A stretch of 63,911 bases of DNA, the filler included, from Sphacelaria rigidula (Eukaryota): assembly GCA_964200075.2 (NCBI GenBank). It is 8 parts of 8 records of this genome, joined end to end, with 100 filler letters (N's around TTAATTAATTAA, not from the genome) between each part and the next. Parts side by side here need not be neighbours in the genome. Positions count along the whole stretch, not along the records: positions 24,007 to 31,907 come from CAXNAA020013048.1; positions 32,008 to 39,908 come from CAXNAA020013049.1; 6 more parts are not named here. One strand, 5' to 3'. The position numbers were made by a program, and so were the translations under genes. Every line of letters starts with the position of its first letter. Position 1 is the stretch's first letter. The notes beneath the pieces are model-generated. The model was not told the DNA's origin. It saw nothing but the letters and a program-made list of their open reading frames with translations, and searched no databases. Shown one piece after another: positions 27,101 through 36,875 of the stretch.

Positions 27101-29332
27101 TTCATAGCCCCCCCCCCAAAGATCATCATGTTGTGCAGAGGCGCGGGCTTCGGCAATCGTTGTGGGCTCTAGCTCTTTGGCATGTTCGGCAGGTATCTCG
27201 TTCGGCTTCTTCAATGTTCTCTGCTCAGCAATCAGCGCGCGAAAGGTTTGGTCCCCATTGATGGGCCCCAGCAAAGTTAGCAAACCAATCGCTTGTTGCT
27301 GGTTCAGCACCCGACTTTGTGCTCGCGTCCTGCCCTCACTGCGTTCTTGGTCGTCGTGTGGACCCACGTTTGTACGCCTCGAGCTGTCTTAGCGCGTTGC
27401 GTGTTTGCGCTGGTACATCTTCTCGATTAGGCATGCCGTCGCTGGTGTTGCTGGAGGACAATGCAGGCGCTGATGATGTGCTGCTGGGAGGTGATGGTGA
27501 CGCAGACGCTGACCGGTCGTCGAGAGATGGCGAGGGCGATGTTAATGACGACTCGCCGCTGGATGCTGATGCTGATGCTGATGGAGCATCCAGCGGCTGT
27601 GGATATCCCGCCGCCTCTGCTGGGTGTTGACTGTCCTCTCCACCCCCTGGGCCGGTAGCTGCACGTGGGAATCCCTCTTCCTGTCAGCGGCCACACTTCC
27701 GCCGACTCATCGTCGCAGGCTTCATCCCCCTCTCCCAATTCCGCTGTTGTCAGTGATTGCGGGGGCGGGAGAGACGGCGGCAATGCTTCCCACGTGACGT
27801 CTCGGGTCTCGACAATTTTCCCTCCCCACGTCAGCGTACGGTAAGAGTCGCGCAGATGCTCGCGCGAAGGCCCGAGAGAGAAGTAACCCTCCGCCTTAGC
27901 CAGCAGCTTGGATGGCCGCTTCCATCGGCAGTAGGCCGGCTTGAGAAAGGGATGTGGATTGGCTGGCATAGCCGCACCGAACCACATTTCGTTTGGTGAT
28001 TTTTTGTCCGGGCTGAAGGTCGAAGCAGTGCACTTGAGCTGTTCACACGCCCAATGCATTGCCTCAGCCCACAGCTTTTCGGTATTCGGCAGCTGAACAT
28101 GACCAAACAATATCTTCGCCTGCATCCTTGCCGCCATTGCCGTCGCTTCAATGATTCCTGGATGACGCTCTGCAACGCCGTCGAAGTGGGGACTTATCGC
28201 GGGGGAAACTCCTGCTGGGGTCCGTCATTATCGACACAGTTTTTTCGGAGATCGCCAAGAGTTTTGGCATTTTCGCGCCTGGCGCTTGGCGTTCTCCGAA
28301 AATGAAGCGGCTAGATGTTTTTCGTCAACCCTTCACGTTTGGCGAACGCCGAATATTTCGGATCGCAGCGCAATACTCCGCAGAGCTGCCCTCGGCGCAC
28401 GCCGTGGCGCTCGCAAGCATGCGAGAATAATCCAGAACCTTGCTAGTGACACCCTGGGCTATGCCGTAGAGTAAAAAGCATCGCGGGTTGGCGGTATTTA
28501 TCTCCTTAGACGGTGTGTGCCCCGGCAGCGGTCTTGGAGCTGTTGGGGTCAAGCACAGTGGTCGTCGTTTGCAGACATGCACACTTTCAAAGTGAAGAGC
28601 AGAATCAATCCAGCAGCTATTTCCTTGCCTGCAGTGCTGCTACGAGTGTACGCTACGAGCACTGTCTGAAAAGTGTATAGCTGGTGATTCAACTAGGTGT
28701 ATCTGCGCATACAACTCACAGAAAGCAAGCATGCTGAAATCTATGGATGGACGGGGCTTTCTACCGTCGGTATTTTCACCCATGTGTGCTGCTGCAGCAT
28801 CCCGAGAGAGCCGGTCGATCATGCCCTAGGCTGTCCGACTGCCCCCCCCGTGTCACAGAGAGGCTGCGAGAAAGATGTTTACCACAGCTATGAACGCCAT
28901 ACACGGGCAGGTAGCAACTGTCCTTTATTTTGCCGGCAAAGGCGAGCAAACGACGCCATCAGCACTATCTGTAATGAGTTACCTAACAGCGACAACAGTA
29001 TATCTAGATAAAAGTGAGCCTTGAGCGATTGCCGAAATTTCAGACCTTCTACTATTTCTTATATTTGTCGATAAGAAAGGCCTTTCACTTTTGCGTGTTT
29101 ATACAACCCTCCAGATGCCACCGAGCACCCTGTGCTTGGTTGCTTTGGCTTACCCTCAAGCCCTGCTCAACCAAAGGTGCTAAGTCTATTCCAATATCAG
29201 CCACTAGAATATCATCGGTAGTGGTGTAAGCTTCATACAACTCACACGGCCTGGCATGTACAGAAAAACGCTCTTTCCATGATGGGAATTCCGACGCAGT
29301 CTCATCGAATTTCAAACCAGCAGGGTACTGAA

Positions 29333-29543
29333 TGTAATGCGTGAGAGGACCGCGTGCTTAGAGGACCGCGCCGTGGCTCGAAACACCTCACGATCCACGC
29401 TTTCCAAAAACAATCGGGCCAGTCCCTGCAGGGACCACGTCCCTGACTCTAACCCCAACACCAACCCTAACGCTAACCCTACCAATAGGGATATTCAAAT
29501 TCCGATGCGGTTCTATAAGCTCGCGGTCCTCACACGCATTACA
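29333..29543 (+). mobile_element. TGT...ACA MITE with telomere-like core, copy 1 (in Copia gag)
   Basis: 37-bp TIR TGTAATGCGTGAGAGGACCGCGTGCTTAGAGGACCGC; flanks CTGAA/CCGAA; degenerate (CCCTAA)n core. Confidence 0.9.
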
Positions 29544-30180
29544 CCGAACACCTCTAATCTCGAAAGACGACAAGCCATCTGTGCGTGCATTATTACCACC
29601 ACCGAAACTCGATCCAGATACCTCTACATTTTCCCACCATTCAGCAGTACCTACCGCTGGTGGGTGTGAAAAATGCAGGTCTGGAGTACCTGCTGATCTC
29701 TCCGGAAGAGCAAGGCCTGGAATACCTGCTGATCTCCCCGAAAGAGCCAGGCCTTGAAAACCTGCTGACCTCCCTTGAAGAGCTGAGGATGCGGTTTGCA
29801 ACGCCGGTGCTACTCTTCTGTCGTTGACACCTTCATGCCGTCCGACGTACTCTGTACTGGATACTCCCGGCGCGCCATCTGCGACAGAGGACTCCCCGCG
29901 GCCTACATCCAGGCCGCTGTTCCCCTCTGAACCCACCAGGCTGAGTTCAAGTAGCCTTCGCAGCTCCTATGACTACATCTTAAGGTCTTGGTTCTGACGG
30001 AGAATTTCTTGGGTCTTCGTTCTCTCTACGAACTTGGGGCAGACCTTTTTTTCGCGTAGCGCGAGAGCTACTCCCATCTGCTTCGCTCCCGGGCGGAGGC
30101 ATCTTTTCTATCGTCGATCAGTCTGCAGCATCAGCCGGTAGCGCTAGCGTGTCCAGAGATTGATGCCTGCCCCGGCAGCG

Positions 30181-30465
30181 TGTTCACAATGAATGCAGAA
30201 GAAATGAATTATTCGGAAAGAAAACAGAGTGACCCTCGAGGGGATCAACAACTCCCACCTACAACGCCGAGAACCACACATCAAGCCAATGTCCCGCGGG
30301 ATATTCTCAGTCTACAGTATCTCCCGCGGGCCATACAAAATATCCCGCCAAACATTTTCAGTCTTGTTCTAGATAGCTTTGCCTTCTACGGAGACTGCCA
30401 AAGAAACATATCTTACAATACCCCGAAAGATATCTGCGGAATCAGACTTGACCAATATACGAATA
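30181..30465 (-). repeat. Copia 5' LTR (285 bp, TATTC...GAACA)
   Basis: The first 12 nt TATTCGTATATT are identical to the 3' LTR remnant right after the PPT (25511-25522); ends ...GTGAACA. Confidence 0.65.
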
Positions 30466-30706
30466 CACGCGTGTCGATGACGATATCACCAAAGCGAGAA
30501 GCAACGGCAGAGAGGGAGCCCCTCGTCCGTGTCCTTTGTGTGTTCTCACTCGGCGATTACCAATCGCTCGAGAGACTGGCATCATGCATGCTACCAGCAT
30601 GTACCGAATTTCTCATGTACCGGTAGGCACGTTGTATTATTGCTACACAGCCCCTCGAAGAACGTCGAGGTGCGGAGGGATCTCGTCTCTTCTTATCTGT
30701 GGAGCT

Positions 30707-30917
30707 TGTAATGCGTGAGAGGACCGCGTGCTCGGAGGACCGCGCCGTAGTCCAAAACACCCCAGGATCGACGTTTTTCAAACCCAATCAGGCCAGTCCC
30801 TGAAGGAACCACGCCCCTGACCCCAACCCCAACACTAAACCTAAACCTAACCCCAACCATAGGGATGTTCAAATTCAGATGCGGTCCTCTAAGCACGCGG
30901 TCCTCTCACGCATTACA
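30707..30917 (+). mobile_element. TGT...ACA MITE with telomere-like core, copy 2
   Basis: Same TIRs; perfect 5-bp TSD GAGCT; empty site present in the paralogous repeat at ~25095. Confidence 0.93.
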
Positions 30918-31610
30918 GAGCTCACCAATGCAAAAATCGATATCTCTCTGCCTCTCTTTTTGGACAGAACGCGCCTCTGTGCGCTGCAGAACACGTCGTT
31001 GAAAAACAGGGCGATGTTCACATCACCGATACTGTTGTGTCTGTCACACACATGCCAGCAAGGACGGTGCTGCGGCAATAACAGATCCAATTTGAACTGG
31101 GGGTGGTGTTGTTCATCGTTGATCTTACCCGACATGTGACCCTCTTGGTGCGCGACGAGAAGAACGTGCCACACGCCAGTTGGGAGGGTGTATGAGAGAT
31201 CAAGCACTTGTGGAGACCTTTTTGACATGTGGAGTGAAAAAAGATACACATGGTGGTGACCTAACTGTTGCTAGCGTGGCGCATAGGAGTGCGTCAATGC
31301 TGCAATCTGGAGCACACACTGGCCGCGTGAAGACGTCGGTACAACAGTAGCTTTCCAGAATTCATTCCGATGTGAGGAGGTCATTCATTACAAGCTGGGA
31401 CGAGATATCCACAAGGAACAAGAGGAGTGCTCTGTGATCATCCACTCGTCGTTGCATTTGACACCCACGTCATCAATCTCCGACCGCAAAGATCTTGTGG
31501 CTTTCACGCAACGCCGTCGACAGTACGGCAGGCAAGCCCGATCATAGCTAGCTTTCGTTGCTCTCCTGTACTGATTGCCGTCTGCACAAAGGTCGCACCG
31601 TAAAAACACG

Positions 31611-31820
31611 TGTAATGCGTGAGAGGACCCCGTGCTTAGAGGACCGCACCGAAATTTAAACACCCCTGTGGTTAGGGTTAGGGTTAGTGTTAGTGTTGGG
31701 TTAGGGTCAGGGGCGTGGTCCCTGCAGGGACTGGCCCGATTGGTGTTGAAAAACATCGATCCTGAGGTGTTTCGGGCTACGGTGCGGTCCTCTAAGCACG
31801 CGGTCCTCTCACGCATTACA
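31611..31820 (-). mobile_element. TGT...ACA MITE with telomere-like core, copy 3
   Basis: Same TIRs, reverse orientation; flanks ACACG/ATATG; TTAGGG-like core. Confidence 0.9.
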
Positions 31821-32007
31821 ATATGCACCGAATTTCACAACAATGTTTTCATGAGATTGAGAGTAGATGATACGATTGAGAGTGGCTTTGATCATTCTCT
31901 TTAAGTGNNNNNNNNNNNNNNNNNNNNNNNNNNNNNNNNNNNNNNNNNNNNTTAATTAATTAANNNNNNNNNNNNNNNNNNNNNNNNNNNNNNNNNNNNN
32001 NNNNNNN

Positions 32008-32459
32008 ATGATGTTTCGGGTTCCGCTGGGACACGGCCTCATACAGTCAAATTGAACAAAACGTAGGCACGCTCCGATTCAATGCGACGACAGTCTGGTT
32101 CAGTGAGGCGATGCCGCAAATTTCATCGTGGAGAGTGCTTTCTCTAAATTGGGTGTGCATCCTCGACAGGACCCCGGCTGATCGTTACGGGTGAATCGAT
32201 TTCATTTTTCCCGATGATGTTTCGGGTTCCGCTGGGACACGGCCTCATACAGTCAAATTGAACAAAACGTAGGCACGCTCCGATTCAATGCGACGACAGT
32301 CTGGTTCAGTGAGGCGATGCCGCAAATTTCATCGTGGAGAATGCTTTTTCTAAATTGGGTGTGCATCCTCGATAGGAACCCGGCTGATCGTTAGGGGTGA
32401 ATCGATTTCTTTTTCCCTGATGATGTTTCGGGTTCCGCTGGGACACGGCCTCATACTAG
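32008..32459 (+). repeat. Tandem array of 206-bp units with Helitron-like termini
   Basis: Units start TC (32047, 32253) and end CCGCTGGGACACGG hairpin + CCTCATAC(T)AG; the last unit ends CTAG|T; the array runs off the contig start. Confidence 0.8.
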
Positions 32460-33128
32460 TCGCTTGCTTTTGTCCCAACCACTGGATCTGCATGGAAGCT
32501 AGTAATAACCGTTACGGGTAAACCAGTTGATTTTTTTCAAACAAAATCGGGCCACGTTAAGACAGGGCCCTATAACCTGCGGCTTTTGACATGACTGCTG
32601 GGTACCCAGTCGACTGCATTGTCGACCAATCCCATGGCCGGGGCTTGAACGTTCTGTATGGTGACACAGAGCTGTACATTTTATGACGGATTTTGGCCTC
32701 CAACAAAGTCCACATTGATGGATGGATGGCTTGCTTGCTTGTCGCACATTAACTGATTGCCCACGAATGTAGCAGTGGCCATTAGATACAAGATAGATGT
32801 ACCCAAGTTCTTTGAAAACGACAACCCTCGCAAACGCAAGCTCAAGCAAGGGGAGGCGAGGGGGTGGGGTGGGGGGAGGGGGGTTCGTTGCTTGCCTTAG
32901 TCGTTTGACCATTGACCGCGCATCCCTTTCGAGACGGAGCACCACAAGGAGAGATAACAAAGATAAAAAAAGATACAACCATACAGAAATAAAACTGAAA
33001 AACAAGCCCAAATTAATACATACCAAAATATAAAGCGGGGGAAAAATAGCTCACGTCAAAACAAAGTACAAAAACAAGACGGACATATCAATTAGCCCAC
33101 CAAAGTGCGAATATATACAGGCATATAC

Positions 33129-33383
33129 CTGGGTCGCGCTGATGCTCATAGCGTCTATGTTGCATGTACACCCGCAGTCAGCGTCGCCCTTCTCGCACAC
33201 AGTGTCGCACGTGTTGTTGTCGGGCATGAACGAATTGTCCGGCCAAAAGTGGGTCGTCATGAAATCCAGGACGAAGGTCAGCAACCCCGCCGAGTATATC
33301 GCCGCGTTTGCCTCGTGAAACGCCTTGAAGTTCACGTTACAGTTAAACGCTCCGCCCAACAGTCCGTGCATGTCCCCGTGCAC
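33129..33383 (-). CDS. Tyrosinase-like protein, exon with CuB motif H-x3-H-x3-GG
   Basis: cacag|VHGDMHGLLGGAFNC...CDTVCEKGDADCGCTC...SATQ|gtatat; splicing gives LEKKVHGDMHGLLGG, matching the tyrosinase E-x2/3-H-x3-H-x3-GG pattern. Confidence 0.8.
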
Positions 33384-35431
33384 CTGTGAGGTAGTTATTG
33401 TTGATTATCCGGTTCCGAGAAGCAGTGCCCGTTGATGCACCGGCCCATTAAACTTTTGCTCCGAAAAACGGTATCATCATGGATCGGCCAACTGACTTCA
33501 TCATTGTTGCGAAAAAATGGTCGTGAACAGGTCAATTGCATGCATTCGTTTCATTATTTTGGGAAAGCAGGATCACGAACGGTCAAATCGCATTATTTTC
33601 CCAAGCATGGCGGTTGAGCGGTCCATTCGCTTAGTGTTTGCTCACGTCGGGCGTTGACAAGTGGACGTGTTAGTTGTCTGCCTTACGTTTGAACTTTGTG
33701 TTGTTGCTCCGCAAATGTATACAAGGGTATCAGTCGTGTTCCAAAAAAAGTGTCATCACCACAGCCTATTAGGCGGTGTGTTAACGAAACAAGGAAAATG
33801 AAAATCATTTCGTGATAGTGACAGTGAAGTGACGGTTCACAACTTCACCATCACGAGAGATCACGCGCCGTTCTAATCGAGCATGCTAGGGTAGGAAGCA
33901 AGTGATACACTTACTGTAGTACAGTGACGGTAACAGCACGCGAACAGACCAGCGACTTCAAGAAGGGCGGCAATCACGCGTAAGGGCGTATGGGAATTGT
34001 CGCAGGTCGAAACGCGGACAGCCTCCCGCACGAGAAGGAGAAGAAGCAACAGCAGTATCTTCACTGCCGGTAGATGCACGCGGCTGGGGGTGGGTCTGAA
34101 TAAGCCGGTGCCGATACTGCTGCTGCCGTTCTTCCCCATGGGAGAGACGGTCCGCGTTTCGATCGTGCTACAACGCCCACGCACCTTGCACGTGATAGCC
34201 ACCGTGCTGGAAAGCGTTGGCCCGTACTACCCGCCGAGGGTCCATGCTTCCTCACTAGGCTAAGTGCTGGGAGATAAAGCTGTGCGCATTTCTCTGTGCG
34301 AGCTGTGCACGTCGGGTGCGTTTCGCACGCGTGGCTACTGCTGGTGATGGGAATAAAGCCAGCGTCCAATACAGGGGAAAACAAGTGTTATGTACTCGTA
34401 CTGAAAATGCGATGTGGGTATCAACACGCAAACAGATCGTGGTCGATTTCAAGTAGGGAGGAGGCAATAACGCGCCAGGTGCATGGATGTCTCAAATTCA
34501 AACACTACGTAGTATGATATCCCCCGTGGGCGGACTTGAGGTTCTCCACCGCGCACTATAAGATCTACGTCGACCACCATCACGGTTACAGCAATAAAAC
34601 GCGAGCGAAAAGAGAAACGGTGAACAGGTTACCTAGCTCACAACCACTGTGAGGGGCATGATTTACAGCGCCGTTGCCAACCGACGTCAACCCAAAAAAA
34701 AGGAGGGGCGGGCGGGGACATATACCCCAACCGTTCGGCTGCGAGCGTGTCCGCGTTAGACCAGGAATGTAAATCGCCACCAGAACGTTTGTCGCCAGTT
34801 TTTCGGCCCATGCTTGTACAGTTAATACCCCCAAATATCTCCCACTCAAATTGATCGACTCTAGCACTAAAAGTGGGTGCAAAAGTCGCAGACTATTGTA
34901 AGAAAGTAGTGTATCCTGTTCTTGCCGGGAAACGAAGCTGCACTTCCTGGACATAAAGAGTCAGTAATCAAGACCTCTCGAATGACGAACACACGCAAGT
35001 GCTTGTCCAGAAAACAACCATCAATACACTACACCACACCAATCACTGTGCTCAACTATTCCCATTAACAACGCCAAGATCGTTTTCACCTGTGGGAGCG
35101 GGAAATTCATCAGAAGCGTATGTTTATATTTCGTCACACCCTTTCTCCTTCCTCGGGACGCACCAGTGGTGTGAAGGGATCAACCCATCTCGCTCCCGGT
35201 ATACGCCCCGAATTGTGGTCATGCGGATTGCATCGTGACCGAACACTCCCACACCGCGTCAATTCTCGTCAAATGAACTTAGTTAACCTCTTTTTGTCCA
35301 CTCACGTATTCAAGCTTTCAGCGTGCGGAAACCAGACACCTGCGAAGAAAAATCCATTCGTATCTAGCGGAAATCAAACCCCCGTTCTTTTCGCCTCCAA
35401 ATGGGGAATGGGGAGTTGGACCATTAGCCCA

Positions 35432-36365
35432 CACCCTGGACAATGAATTACATTGTCAAAAAAAAGTGTGTCGACTACTGCGTCTACTGCAATAGACAGA
35501 AGATCCCATACCGTGCGCAGTACACATTTTGACGATGTAATATATTTGTCATTATCCAAGGTGTGCATTACACCACCGGGGCGCGGTGGCTGTTGGAAGG
35601 ACATTTCGCACCGGTGGGAGCATTACACAAGTCAAACAAGTCAACTCTTCGCCGAGAGACCACGAGGCCCACCGTCTGCAAGATGTCTGTCTTCCAAACA
35701 CTGGATAAAGACTATACATCATGTTGTGAAAACGTATATTGCGTTCAGTATGGATTTTTTTCTGTTGAAATAGGCGCAAAAGTCCATACTGTACGCAGAA
35801 CACTTCTCGACTGTGTATTCTTTTGTCCAGGGTATGCTGTCTTCGCACAAGACTTGTGTTTTTCACATCACATGACGGGATATCACTGATGCTGTCTTTC
35901 CCAGCCTCACCTTCTTCTCGAGACACGCTTCCCAGTCTTTGACGTTGTCGTTGTTCTCGAAGCATCCCACGAGAACGTCAGCTGTGGCAAAACTCGCTTC
36001 CGACTTGAGGCCGCAGTATGAGCTCGTGCGTGTCAATCTTGGCAGGTCCTGCGCGTAAACCATACGTCGCGAAGGCACCCAAAAAAATTGGACAGAAAAC
36101 AAGACGACAATGACAACAACATAGAGCGGGGAAAACACGAGGATGCTTCGTTTCAACGTCTACACAAGAATACAAGGGCCTCGCCCGAAGAGGCTGACGC
36201 CTTCTCCCGCTCGTGTGAGGGGGTCACGCCCTGGACAATAGATTATATTGCAAAAAAATGTACTGCGTACTGTATGGAATCTAGTGTCTGCTGCAATAGG
36301 CGCAATGGTCAGTACTGTACATAGTACACTTTTTGACAACGTAATTCTTTTGTCCAGGGTGTGTA
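35432..36365. mobile_element. Three ~135-bp MITEs (35432-35565, 35698-35835, 36225-36365); a shorter copy at 39331-39432
   Basis: Inverted ends C(A/G)CCCTGGACAA ... TTGTCCAGGGTG and shared internal sequence. Confidence 0.75.
35911..36048 (-). CDS. Tyrosinase-like (type-3 copper) protein, internal exon
   Basis: gcgcag|DLPRLTRTSSYCGLKSEASFATADVLVGCFENNDNVKDWEACLEKK|gtgagg, phase 0/0. Confidence 0.75.
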
Positions 36366-36579
36366 GGGGATGCGGATGACCGAGGGACGTGATGGAGGGA
36401 GGCGGGGAAGTCTGAACTTTGACGACGAGAAGGTCCGATTTCAAGGTTTTGAAAGCTGGATTTGACAATTGCCTTTACGTGAATGTGGCACAACAGTGCT
36501 TGGTGCGATGTTCTGGTGGTGTTTTGTTGTTCTTCTCCTGTCCATGGCATAATCTTCGCCCCGAGTTACAGTTTCATTT

Positions 36580-36875
36580 TTTTTGTCGCACTGTGAACCT
36601 CCCCGCTTTCCTCGGGATGAGTCCGTGGTCTCAAGGGATCAACCCATCTCTCCCTCGTACACGCCTTGCATTTTGGTGTTGGGGATTGGATTATGACTAT
36701 CAGCACCGCGTCAACTCACGCCGAACAAACTCAGTCGACTGCTTTGTTTGCTCACGTTCTCGCGCTTTCCACGGTGGAAATCAGATACTACGAAGAAAAA
36801 TCCAATGCATCGGGAATCGAACCCTCGTTCTTTCCACCCTAATGCGACAGTCGGGCCATAACACCACCGGGGCGG
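36580..36875 (-). mobile_element. Second tRNA-derived SINE family (other copies ~20727-20925, 35128-35585, 38420-38725, 45335-45570)
   Basis: Minus-strand head CCCCGGTGGTGTTATGG (A box) ... GGGTTCGATTCCCG (B box); shared body motif (plus strand) AAGGGATCAACCCATC. Confidence 0.75.

Larger units (their letters stand above)
25511..30465 (-). mobile_element. Decayed Ty1/Copia LTR retrotransposon
   Basis: Minus-strand order gag (FPSWKERF), integrase (LWAEAMHWACE), RT (KARLVA.G, VLHVDD), RNase H (RKSVSG, STTKAEYVA, DIRHHFL, ADLLTKAL); G9 PPT at 25523-25531; many frameshifts and stops. Confidence 0.92.

Noticed and set aside
32008..32459. CRISPR array
   Set aside because: Contiguous 206-bp units without unique spacers; eukaryotic context and no cas genes.
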